Assembly (NCBI GenBank): GCA_030141605.1
Contig: JAQGDQ010000128.1
Span: 62,001-126,000 of the forward strand
Direction of reading: 5' to 3'
Source of the DNA: Tubiluchus corallicola
Taxonomy: Eukaryota > Animalia > Priapulida
Length of the DNA: 64,000 nt
In this document: positions 38,587-51,500 of the stretch, in pieces
Position numbering within the stretch: position 1 is the stretch's first letter
How the letters are laid out: every line of letters starts with the position of its first letter
Notes under the pieces: generated by a model
Seen by the model: only the letters and a program-made list of their open reading frames with translations
The model's database searches: none
What the model was told of the DNA's origin: nothing
Position numbers and translations under genes: made by a program

Positions 38587-41500
38587 GATCACCAGTAACG
38601 ACATTGCAAACAATGTCGTGTCAATATTCTCGTAGTATCAAAGATAACATAATAACATGATTACTACAAATTAATAGCAGTATATAGATAGGCCTAATTA
38701 TAAATTTACAGAGAAGTGAAAGAATTAACAATTATTATTAACATAATGAAAATTGCAACGAACATAATGCGTACAAATACCTATTGTACGGTACAACACC
38801 TTCTGCAAAGCTACATATTTACAAACAGCGTAAGCATAAATACATTTACAGAAATATAGTCCGTAGTGTCACCATAAGTCACTATATTGTTTTTACTTCA
38901 TACTAATGTTGCATACGAGAAACTTAAGTTTATCAAATATCGTGTAAGATTTCATTTTGTTTGAGTTTGTACAATAGCCGGTTACTAAATGTTTGCACTA
39001 AATGAAGTATATGTGGTAGGCTACCATTTTTGCACTAAATCGAATCCGCGCAAAAGGAACTACATATATTTTAGTTTACGTAAAAATAGCTAGAGTAGCC
39101 TATAAAGAACTGGCCTAGCAAAATGCTAAACAGCTTTGTAGTAACATTTGCAAAATTTTAGCAACTTTTTCAGTTGAGAGGCATGGCACACATTGACACA
39201 CACACACGATTGTAGTCTAATTACTAAAACTCATTATTATATTATCAATGAATGAGAATTCTTGTGACAATCGAATGTATGTCTAACAAACATTTGTACT
39301 GGCCATGCAAAAGTTGCGAAAATCGCCGAATAATTTTCAATAATGCTAACACACGTACGGGGTACAGTTCCAATCAGTTGTAGCGGAATGACCAGATTTG
39401 ATTGTGTGTTACCGCCTTGATTTATTTTTAAAAGCAAAAACTATGGAAAATTTTGAATTTTTTTATAACAGGCTCGTTAAATAAAAAATGGCTAAAATTA
39501 CAAGTTGAAATATAAAAATCGTCCATATTTGGTTTTTCCTATTCTGAATCACCGGTCTTACTGTGTAACTTGTCTTTGCGAAGTGGAGATCCTAGAGTGT
39601 CGTGAACTTCATGCACCTGAAAAAAAATCAATAATTTTGTTAAAAAGACGGAAACACTATATAAACATTTTCACCTATAATATGTTTAACGCCATGAAGA
39701 GTGTCTGGCAGTAAGATCTGCATTGCTTTACTTCGCCGTGAATTGCAGAACCATGGATTTAATTACAAATTACTAAATACCCGCATTATTAAGTGTGTGT
39801 TGCAGCCAGTGGCTATCAAGTTTTAAGTAGTTTCACGTTCTTCGAAATCAAAAGTGTGCATTTGAAAACTGTCAGTTTACCACAACGTAATTTATCTTGT
39901 GCCGGCTTTTAAAAGGTCTCCTGGTTTCCAAATGTCTGGGTTACGATTAAGTTTCTGAGTTACGCGTGTTTAGTAAAAGTCTAGGCACCAGTGAACAACT
40001 GGTCCGAAATTTAAGAACTTGAATTGCATAATATCTCAGTCTATTGAAGTCAACCTGCCATATATATACTGCCCGCTGTTACAGCCATTAGTTTATCTTT
40101 CACATTGCAGAATACGTCATCATAAATCATAACAACTGCTTTCCTCGCCCTTGATATTATACAAATTTAAGTAACAAAAGGCAGTTGCACCTACACTCGT
40201 AAAACTAGAGGAATGCAGAACCCAGAAGAGCATACGAAGCCCCAAGCAATAATTATTCAAATAGCTATAGCTGTGGCATTGTAGCCGGTTTTAGTAATCA
40301 CTAATGCCAGTAAGTCTTGGTCTTTTTACTACTAGAAGTAAACATTCCGCATCTTCTTGTGTTTGCACAATTGTGAACCACTAATGTTTGTTCGTAAAGC
40401 ATGCACTTTTTAGCGTAAAAAATTATTGGACAATTGCAAAACGTTAATTTCTACAAAACTTGCAGAATAATTTCGTTTACAAAAATATTCTTAATTAGTA
40501 AAAACTCTTTATCAGAAATTCTTAGACATCAAGACTCGAACCAAAAACGTTGAAATGTACTTCCAATAAATATGCACATTTTCCATCTTTCCAGTTATCC
40601 AGCCTTTCTGAGAAAAACAAGCCAAAATTATAAAGCAGTTGTGTATCTAGCATTTCTATTAGGGCAAGAATTCTAACAAAGTTGCAAAAGAGTTAATCAA
40701 ACGCGCATGAGTAGATCAAATAGTAAAACACTTAAATTTTCAGTTTACGATCTTTCGTAAAACCAAATTAGCTTTCGCTTAGTGGTATTATTTCTCTTCA
40801 AACAAACAAGGTTGTATTTAATAGTTTGTGCATGCCCGAATATTAAGTTAATCGAGTGTTAAAAGTTTTTCTTTTCGTTAATTTTGATTAATTTAATAAT
40901 AAATACAACATAGAATTAAAAAAATCGGTAAGTGATCACAATTTTCTCTTATAATGCAGAAATTCAGTTATAAGTTTTTTATACAGTTCGGTCTCAGAAG
41001 CACATAATTGCATTACATTGATGATTGTGGCAGGACCATAATCTAGCTAATTATCTGCAATAAATACTGGCTCAGTTTTACCTTTTTTCCAAAATACACT
41101 TTTATGCACATTTACAAGCTTCCAAGATCTGTGTATAAAATTATAATATTAGATAATGAACATAGAAGGCATCCATTCCACGTTCTAATGTCTTCCCTCA
41201 AATAGGTAAGTAGTTATAGCCATTATGCCTGATAATATCGCTGTTAAAGAAATTTACGGTCATTAAAGGTCACAGGGCTTAGGGTTGCTTAAGTTCGGTC
41301 GCCCTGCGCACACTTTGACCATCTAACTATGTCACCCATACAAACACTTACGCCAAAAAACTCAAAATTAAGCCTTGAGTTTCTTCCTGGTTGTTTTCAT
41401 TTTTAAACTTGAAAATGTTACCAACATAGCCGTGCGTGTAATACGTACCACTCTACACCTGGTATTGAACCAACCAAAATACTTGTAGTGTTGTCAAATT

Positions 41501-41658
41501 TATTTCTTATAGCTTGTTAACTTATCAGTCATATGCAAGAACTAGTTACTGTTAATCGGAGATTACGAAGGATTACGGGCTGGAATAAGTGTTTATAACT
41601 GCCAGTTTATTTTAAATCAAGCAGACACATTAACAAAATAATTAGCTTATATTCGTTA

Positions 41659-44600
41659 TCACTGTACCCCGCACGTTTTACAAAGTGCCAATAACATCCA
41701 AATACCTACAATTGGTAAAGTCATTACATAAATGCAGGCAGTTTGATTTGTCGGCGATGACTGAAGACAGTAAGACGATGTTGTGTTTGACCAAAAATGT
41801 ATGAAGAGCAACCACGAACGATTGAACAGAAATTTAACACTACACATAATACAAAGTAGTTGCTTCCCTGTTGCGCAGAGCATACCTTTTTCATGACGTG
41901 TGACTTTTCTTTAAAATTGCATGCTCGCAGCTGTTCATCAGCTCCTCCCAAACAATCCTCTACGCCATCACAAAGTCTAGCTACCTGAAATTACCCAGAT
42001 TATGATTGTTGTTTAAGGACTAAGCCTAGTTTATTGTGGTGCAAGCACCATGATAGCACCATGATGGTACTAATGATGGTACCAATCGAAAAGTTAAATA
42101 GTTTCGAATCGTGTGAACTGAGTGATTAAAACCTGTTCGCATCGAAACCAAAAAACGATTATCATAACAATAATTACCCAATAATTACCTCAATACTTAC
42201 CAATCGTATAGGCGGAATTAGGCGAATTTAATATCGAGTGGTTCATTTAAACAAACGTATCGATATCATAGCAGGTCTTTCAGTCTTTCATTTGAAATAT
42301 TATTTGTGGCTTTTTGCATTCAGTCCTTAAACTCCCCCCCCCCTTTTCCGCCTCTCTTTCTTTCCTCCCTTTCCCTTCTCTTTTTCTTTCTCACCTTGTC
42401 CTTCGCTGTTCTTGTTCCTATCCTCTTTCTCCCCATCTCTCCCCCCTCTCTCTCTCTCTTTATGTCTCTCTCTCGCTGTTTCTGTCGCTTTCTTTCTCAC
42501 ACACACATACAGTAGACTTTCTCTATCCCTGTATACTATCCATCGTCTGTCTTGTTCTCTTTCGTCGTGTTTTATCTCTTTTGTCTCTTTATCTCTTTTT
42601 CTCTCTGACGTAGGCTTTCCTTAAACTTGACATTACTGTATAAATCACCTGTATGACACAATCCCAAGGTGTGCGCTAAGTACCTCAGAAAAACGATTAC
42701 TGCTTGTTTACACACCTCTATCATGCCATATGATAAGTCGTTTAAAGATTGCGTTTTTAGCCTGCAGGCCACTTCGTGCATGTTATTCTGGTCGATGATG
42801 AGAAAGTGCTCTGGCGTAGAAAATATCGCAGCATCTTGAGAAAATACTACCTAAAAATAATGAGAGCAATGGCGTAATGCTGTCCAAGTAACCAAATATT
42901 CGTTTGTACTAATTGCACATTAGTTATAAAGGTTAAATACAAAATCCACTTCTTCGGAACGCTTAACGCCTATAATGTGTAAACAATAAAATGTTTCAGA
43001 TTTGTTTATAAATCCATATTTCGTAGTTTCACAAACGGACAAAAAATGAATAGCCCATGTCAGAGATACTAAAAGAAATCCAAACTTATCGCCATAGTTA
43101 AATTTTTCAAGTTTGCTGCGTAACACGTGGATTACGACGACATTTGTGGGCTACGCTTTTGAGTTTAGTACTTTAACAAAAGTACAACACGGAAATAAAA
43201 TCGAAAGAGGAGAGTATGTTTACAAAGACATGCATAACTGATTTTTGGTTCAGCTGTGACAGAATGTGACAGAACAGAGCAGATAACAAGAAAGAGAGAG
43301 AGAGGTGTGAGAATATCTGCACCAAAATGCTGGTTATTAAAAAAATCAAGGTAACCCGGAACTGTGGTTTACTTAACATTTGCAAATATTAAACTGCACC
43401 TGAGAAACCAAAGTCCCTAAAATTTCTGCACCTCTTTGGCAAATATAACTGTTGGTAATTGAAGTTATTGGTATCCATCTAATAAATGGTCAGCCTTATC
43501 GATGAAATGGAAAGTGTTCCATTGCATTGCGTATGGCATAAATAGTGTTACTTTAGTCATTATATAAGTATAACATTACTTTAGTACAACATTAGTCAAT
43601 CTCACATTTTCCCTTAAGAGTTAATTTTTGCCAAAGCTTCGTGCATAACGGTAAACATTCTGATTACAAGCAAATTAGTAAAAAGTAGAAAACATGGAGT
43701 ACACAAGGCTTTGCCCGGCTAAAACTATCCCAAAGACATTGCAGACATAGCTTCAGCTAGGAAGTTGTGGTGAAATTTTCCCTAAATAGCCATGACAACA
43801 TTAATTGCATTAGAAGTCACCGAAAAACTTGTTCCTCGCTTTCTGCCCCATGGCCAGTTTCGGGGTTAATTAAATGGTTGTCTGGAATGCTCGGGAACTT
43901 ACATTTAAAACTTTTGTAAAACGCCCGAGACCTTCGGGGAATGACTCAAGTGAATGTTTTCAAAATCACTCTGGCAGACAATTATTACATGAGCGCGCAA
44001 CAGGCCCAAATTGATGTGTTTGGTCTGAACCGGTTTCAAAACCGAATCGCCCTAAATTCCTCCCGCAATCTTAAAAAATTATTTTTTAAAAAAATGAATA
44101 TCCCGTTACAGGCTTAATACGATTATTACGCTAAAGATCACTTAAAAACCTTGAAACTGGTCATAAACTGTCACGCTCGTTGAATGGGTGATTGGTGAAT
44201 TACTATGTAATTTTCATGTTACTGGACATTTTGTGGCCTCGATAAAATTTTATGGTACTAATAGTGTAACAGGTAATACATTTCCTCTCTCGGTTTGGAC
44301 AATATGGAACAACTTTATATGAGATTTTATCAAATTTTATGCCAGTCACGAATACCTAAGATTACTACGGCCATTGCTACACAACAAATGAGTGAGAGTT
44401 TCTAAAGGTCGTGTAAATGAGTTTAGATTATATCGGTTTATTTGTTTGTTTATTTAGCGTTACAGCACTTAACGATAGTTAAGTAACTCATAAACGTCCT
44501 AATTGCTGTACGATTGCCATAATAATAATGATATATGGCAATAATTCTTTCGCTCTATGTAGGTCAAAACTTACGTTCATGTTTGGAAGTTGCCATATAA

Positions 44601-45729
44601 TTTTTGTACAAGAAGAACACGAATTTGTGCACGTTCAGTATATTTTTGTTTATTATATGCTTATTTTAAATTATTGAAGGTGACCCAACAATAAAATCTC
44701 AACTACAAAAAAAGATATAGCCTTACAATGTAAGAGTGGTGTTATAATAATTTTAGAGGTATCGAATTTGTCGTTGCGAGATTCAGGGACTCACGATAAC
44801 CAGGATTATATCAGGAACAGCAAGCAAAAATTATAACTGATGTGACGGTAGAGCTTACACTGACTTACTTTTCTTTGGGATGCCATTAGAATCTGGTGTT
44901 CTAGTTCTCGCGCTAAAAAGCAAATTACGCAAGCAAAGCAAGACGTAGATGTACAAGAAAAACAAAAGCGTCAAAGGTTTACATTGAAAATTTCATACAG
45001 CTATTGCAATCAAAATCGTACGCATCAAATGACCCATAAAGTTTTTACAGCATTAATAGCACAATTACTATTTGGGGTTTAACAGGATATACGCTTACAG
45101 TAAGATTTACTAATCCTGACCAATCAAATAATTTCTTTGTCGGATACAATTGTTTGAGCAACTGTGCACGGGACAGAAAATGCGTGAGAGACTCGATAAT
45201 GATGATAATAAGGCCATCTATGCACCTGTATTTGGTTAGCAAAGATAGTGAGTGTTTTTGTGTAAACAGAACCAATTTTCCAAATAAGCTAAGACCATTG
45301 TCCAATTTGCTGATCGGGCGGCAGATTCCCTTTGTGTGAGGAGCTCTGACCAAGGTTAGAACTTTCATTGTCATCTGGCTCACTTTTGTCTTTGCTTTTC
45401 TTTTCGCTCTTATATTTCAGAGAAATAATCTTAAGTATTGACGGACTTATCACGCCTGTTTAACCTACATAAATTTTGCTTTCAGTAATTTCAAGACCGA
45501 AAAGAAGCCAAATTATGTAACCCCACTCATAGAGAAAGAGAAGGTTGGAGCATGCGTTTGTCTACTTCTTTCGATTACCATATTTACTAACAAACATGTC
45601 GTATATGTATTGCCAATAGCACTTCAATAAGCTGATATATAATTATTAAAAATTGGTTTATTCACTTACCTCAAATAAAGCGAGGAGTAAAGAAACTGCA
45701 GCTACACCAAGAAGTCGAACATCCATCAT
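41659..45729 (-). CDS. Uncharacterised 131-aa cell-surface protein: signal peptide, divergent LDL-receptor class A-like module, hydrophobic C-terminus (GPI signal or TM anchor)
   Basis: Four phase-0 exons with GT-AG sites: 45729-45670 (MMDVRLLGVAAVSLLLALFE|gtaagt); 42850-42716 (atttttag|VVFSQDAAIFSTPEHFLIIDQNNMHEVACRLKTQSLNDLSYGMIE|gtgtgt); 41984-41886 (tttcag|VARLCDGVEDCLGGADEQLRACNFKEKSHVMKK|gtatgc); 41760-41659 (gtcttcag|SSPTNQTACIYVMTLPIVGIWMLLALCKTCGVQ*). Total 396 nt with no internal stop. Confidence 0.8.
42069..42460. repeat. Copy 1 of a ~400 bp near-identical direct duplication ending in a C/CT-rich tract
   Basis: actaatgatggtaccaatcgaaaagttaaatagtttcgaatcgtgtgaactgagtga...cagtccttaaactcccccccccc...ctccccatctctccccc matches 46303-46710 with only scattered substitutions and small indels. 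Confidence 0.95.
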
Positions 45730-46302
45730 GTGGTTATATATATTATATCTACAATAATTAAAACAAAATCTTAAATTATTGCATGCAATCAGCCATAGTA
45801 AATTAAATGTTAGTAATAGTAATCTAATAATTATTGTTCTGTAGAGTTTGGGAGAGTTTTCCAAAAAAAAAACAAGCAAGCCTAATCTTTAAAATTTCTC
45901 GATTTCTTCAACAGTCAAATTCAAAACATCTTCAATAAGTTAAAAAGGCGTTATCTATAGCAAACTCTATAGGTGCAGTCCTAGAAAATGAAGTGTTCAA
46001 TGTATAATACTTTCGTTTTTTATTAACCACTGCAACTAAATTTGTGGTATTAGCTGCACCAAATAACCATGACATCCGATTCAGTGTGGCCAGGCGAGGA
46101 AGACAATGACCGCGCTTGTCTACATTTTGCACCCCATGCACGTATGATTAAGAATTTGAGTGAACCCTTTATGCGAGGAAACAAGTGATGTGGTGTGTGT
46201 GGTCCCATTATAATCTATTTCAATAGCGTATATAAAAGCATTTTTTGTGTCTGATGGCACACAGTTAACAAGCTCGACAAGTTTATAAATTTCACAATGA
46301 AA

Positions 46303-46688
46303 ACTAATGATGGTACCAATCGAAAAGTTAAATAGTTTCGAATCGTGTGAACTGAGTGAATAAAACCTGTTCGCATCGAAACCAAAAAACGATTATCATA
46401 ACAATAATTACCCAATAATTACCTCAATACTTACCAATCGTATAGGCGGGATTAGGCGCATTTAATATCGAGTGGTTCATTTAAGCAAACGTATCGATAT
46501 CATAGCAGGTCTTTCAGTCTTTCATTTGAAATATTATTTGTGCTTTTTTGTGGCTTTTTGCATTCAGTCCTTAAACTCCCCCCCCCCCCCATTTTCCGCC
46601 TCTTTTTCTTTCCTCCCTTTCCCTTCTCTTTTTCTTTCTCACCTTGTCCTTCGCTGTTCTTGTTCCTTTCCTCTTTCTCCCCATCTCT

Positions 46689-46735
<47 letters not shown>

Positions 46736-46775
46736 CTCTCTCTGTTTGTGTCTCTCTCTTTCTCCCTCTCTTTTC
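46303..46775. repeat. Copy 2 of the ~400 bp duplication, with a longer (CT)n microsatellite
   Basis: Same sequence as 42069-42460; the CT run at about 46695-46745 generates the RERERE/SLSLSL ORFs. Confidence 0.95.
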
Positions 46776-48497
46776 CCCATTACTCTTATCAGGTCTGATA
46801 TCTGCACGGTTTGTTATTATGTCCATTGGTAAGAGTCAAAATATTGTTATTATCTCTTTTCCTGGCTTAGTGCATGAACTCCCGTTACATCCTGCACGAG
46901 AGTCACTTAACAGTTTATTACTCTCCGTTTTACACAGTTGGATTAATTGGTTATTTTGTAAACAGCTATACAGATAAAGCAGCAACAGAATGTTTGTAAT
47001 TGTATTGAGCACTCTTCCTGTTTTATGAACACACTATAAACAAGCCAACCTATCATAATTCAGTAGCTGTTCATTTATTTTTGTTATGTGTATCTGATGA
47101 ACTTCAACTGCAGTATATATATATATATATCTACTAGATGACGGCTTTTGTCAATAATAAGTAACATGCACTTTGCACAATATGCAATTTAGTATTACAC
47201 TGCAACTTTTGTGATTTTTCTGTTTTTATAGTTTTGTGATACAATAATCATGTATTGTGTTAGCTAATTTATTTTAGTTATTAGTTTCTTGCCCTCTATG
47301 AACGATTTACCAGAGATTTTCATCACTTGTTATTTATTTACACCTACTAAATCTAACTTTCGTATACACGTCTTCTTTAGATTTTTATTTAAGTCACTAC
47401 ACAAACAACACCAATATGTTAATTATACATATAGAAAGGAAAGCGTAGAAAATACATCATATTTTGCATGCGTACTTAAAATGGTATTGACGTGAATTAA
47501 ACTTAGTCTTATGCTCTTTTTATAGGCCTACAAATTGTCCCAAAGAAGAACCATTTCCGCCCAGAGGAAAGGGGCTGCAGAAGAGTGAAAGTAAGAACGC
47601 TGGTCTGGAAAACAGAACGCTCTTAACTGTTAACGTAGACCAAGAGGCTTGTAGCTATCTTTGAGACAATTTTCTGGTAGGGAAATTCACTGATAAGAGT
47701 TTGTAAAGAATGTACAGAGAAAAAAATCGCAGCAATATATGGTATACTTTTGTCTTACTACGTTTACCTGAGTCAAATGGGACGATCTGCATGGACTGAT
47801 CCAACATCAGTCTTCATGAATATAAAAAATTATGTGACTATACAATAGATAAAACATGTGCTGAGTTCTGATACGCTTCAAAATAAAGAGTTAGCGATTG
47901 CTTTCGCCGGTATTATCTTAATTTTTTGATATTGGTTTTAATTAAGTCACAACAAAAATATAAATATGGCCATCTATGTATTTAAGAAAAGCGCAAACAA
48001 ATGTGTGCCAGGCATCAGCTATAAAGTCTGGTTATTTCTCAAATGAAATTTATTCGTGGCTCCAAAAAAAGTGTCCGCCACATAGTCACTATTTTTATTT
48101 TCAAGCCGTTACAAAATAACAAATCTCTTATTTTTGTGACAAGTTTTAACCTTAATTTTTGGCATCAATTAGGAAACCAAGAAATATTAAAGGCTATATT
48201 ATTTTATGCATTATAACAGAACTTATATCTTTATACATTCCGCATAAAGGTAAGGTCATATTTTCGTATTTATGCATTAAACAACTTATTTTGCGAAGTT
48301 CATTTTTAATGATTTCAATTTTTGTCTTTTTGACGCCCGTAAATATTAAGCTGTATAAATTATTGAGCGCCCGTCTGTCGTTTGAGCCAACTTTTCACAA
48401 ACTTTCCACATAGATAAATTAGTTTACCTATACAATAATTAAATACAGATGTGTTGTAACTACTTTATTCTTGCTCAGATTTGATTAAGCTAATTGA

Positions 48498-48540
48498 AAA
48501 AATTGTACTAAAACATGTATGAAAAAATTGTACTAAAACA
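48498..48540. repeat. Short tandem duplication of gaaaaaattgtactaaaaca
   Basis: Two adjacent copies directly visible. Confidence 0.85.
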
Positions 48541-51500
48541 AACACTTATTACCTGTTCGGCACGTTGCACAATCGAAGGTTCGCTAAGTCGACTTTCCGA
48601 CGAGGTATTACCGAATAAAAGTTCCTCTCTTGTGGCCTAGAACTGACACAGTTTTCGAATTTCCGTGTTCGTTCGTTGGTTCACTTCGCTGAGTGCCTAT
48701 TTATTGCCGTTTCTCTTTTGGTTATCATGCGCTCATAAGCACCCCACGCAAGCAGGTAACCACGCGTTGCATGCGACTTGAGGGCTGCTATGGTTGGCAG
48801 AAAACAGGTACAGGGATTTTGATGGATGCCAAGAATATAAAGCATAATATTTTAAGCAAATTAAAGAAATTTCAAAAATTGGAAATTTAGTAGAACGAAG
48901 AATAAGTTTTTCCGGTGTCGCTATTGTTCACCTTTTTTGCACTGAAACTAAACTTTTTATCCTGTTTAAAGATTTTCTATAATAATAAAAGAATAATAAT
49001 AACACTGAAGTTCACGTCATTGCCTTCAGCGTCGTTATTTATACGCCAAAGTGGAATTAATAGAGCTCATTTTTATATTAATGACACATTTACGAATATT
49101 AAAAAGTAGTTATTTTTGAGTATTAATGATTCAATTTTGTGTAATTGTAGGCCTAAATCATTTTTAATATTCATAAGTGATTTATTATTAGTAAAAATAT
49201 ACACTAAATTCCATTTTGACGTTCCATGCATTCTGAGTATAGCACTTTTTTGTGAAATCTGAAGCAACAAGGATTCGGAATTCGGTAGCTGCCTCCATTA
49301 ATTTTGTTCCTATGATGGTGCTTCATATAAGTCTTGTAAGCAGATTATAGGATCAAGTACTGCTCTGTTTTTTTCGCCCTATTCGCATTTGCCCTATTTT
49401 TGCCATTTTTCTCGTCCATAATGTAAGTTTTTCTTAAGCTGAGAAATTCGTTTAATTGTAGCTTAGTGAGGAAAGAAATTATTCAGAAACGAATTACATT
49501 ATTTGCCTCTTGTAGTAGTGTCTGAATTCCGTTCGATATAAAGTATTGTGAAATTCCATTCAATGAAAAAGCAGTAAAAAGAAGAGAAATTAAGTTCGTA
49601 TTTGACGTACGCATTCCTGTTACAAGCTAAAAACGAATGAATTTTAAACCAGGCAATTATCATTTAAATTTCCAAAGCCTTGTGATATTGATTTACGTAA
49701 ATTACTTACGCTATTAGTATACCATTTTTGCTCCTATTAATGTGTCCTACATGACTTGAATATTATTTTATTTTACTGTGTTTTGCTTGTATTGTTTGGG
49801 GACAAATTTGATCAAAATGGGGTTTATGAAGAGATAAATTAGCTGACACTTTCTTAATATGTGTGATAAATTATGACCTTTGTAGGCGGTGCGAAATTTG
49901 ATCAAAAATTGCCTAGACGAGCACGACGTAAAAAGGTTGGGAACGTCTCATCTAATGTTATCGTTAAAAGTGAAAAAAATGCTAAGCACTGAAATGACTA
50001 CTGCACGTACATATAACTAATAGGACTGTCACTTTCACTAAGGTATCGGTCAGTGACCTGAAATGACGAGCCGCCAACACTCCGCCCAACAACAAATGGC
50101 TAATTACTTTGAAAACGCCTGCCAAAAATTACTTTCCAACCTACACGTGCCTTTCAGTTTTTAATGTCCACTTCCTTTCGCATTAGCGCTTGACACTATC
50201 TGCTGAAATGCCTTCGAATGAAGTGGCGCATTATCATATGACTTTATTTTATTTTAATTAGTACATTTCTATATAGCTAACTATAATATGAGCTTCTGGA
50301 AAAAGCATGCACGGGGTTCTTAGAGACCTTCCCCACTTTTTAATTTCTACCGTCTTCATCTTTACATTGCAAAGTATGAGGGGGGTAAGCCCTATTTACA
50401 GCAGGACATTTTTACCATTCAAGTTGATAAATGTTTTTTTCATTTTTATATTAATTGAATGCTTTGAAGCATTGGTTCATGATGGTTGAACTTATGCAAC
50501 CATGCATGATAATTGTACAGGAAGCATAGGTCGTTGAAAACAGCTAGGGTTACGCAGTACAATGAATGACTATTTAACAGAATCATGGTGTTTAAAGTGG
50601 ATAACTGAAATTAGTGAACTCGTTATGGTACCGATATAAAGATGCTGAAAAAACCTGTTTATTTGAAAAACTATTCTTTTTTGGCTTTGTTTTGCACACT
50701 CAAAAAATGTGCACCGAGAAAATGTTCACAATATAATTATGATTTGCAAGCCCTAAATGTATCAACAATAAATTAGTTACACATAAAACAAAAAAACAGA
50801 AAAAATAAACATAACCTTGAATGTTTTTTAACAAACTTTCAATTTCTCATTAAAATATTCCTGTTTAGTGCATAATTTAAACCACTAGAATTTCACACAA
50901 AAATGTAACTGAAAAAATTAAATCTATGGCATTATTTGAAGATATTTTTAAACATAATCAGCATTCTGAAACATAATAACTGAAAATTAACAACAATGTT
51001 ATATGATAGTAGAATACAACATGAAAGCATAATACAACTTAAATTCTTAAAAATTCTACGAGGAATTCATAGTGATACCAGTAGTAAAATAAATAATCAA
51101 TATGATACACACTGAATAACAATGTAACAAAGTAAATACGCTGTCACAGATTCCCGTGATTGAGTTCAACTCTGCTATTAGACTTTTCATTTACAGTATT
51201 GCAAACTAGTTTATTCTGGTTCCTACAACTTTTGCAAATCTACCTAGAGATGTTCAGGCTGTAATTTTAGATTGGGTTAACCTTGAATTATTTATACGGG
51301 CTTCATTCTGAAGTTATAAATTCCATCGCCACATTTATACAGGTGACCATTTGACGCTTGCTATTCCTATAAGCAAACGTCATATGATCCGCCTAATTCG
51401 TTAGGTTATTTTGTCCTTACGTCGTTACGAAAAAGAGCATTTTTCACATATGCCAAAGTTTGCCCATGCATGTCAATAATTCATCTCTCTTCCAGCAGTT

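Noticed and set aside
45290-45463. Minus-strand charged peptide (KYKSEKKSKDKSEPDDNESS...) as exon 2 of the LDLa gene
   Set aside because: The phase-0 acceptor at ~45463 gives VKQA-stop; the charged frame needs a different phase and terminates early.
46472-46977. RE-repeat and SL-repeat ORFs, and similar ORFs at 42306-42624
   Set aside because: Translations of CT/GA microsatellites.
47526-47590. PTNCPKEEPF as the missing N-terminal half of the LDLa module
   Set aside because: It lies on the opposite strand to the LDLa exons and has no following cysteine.
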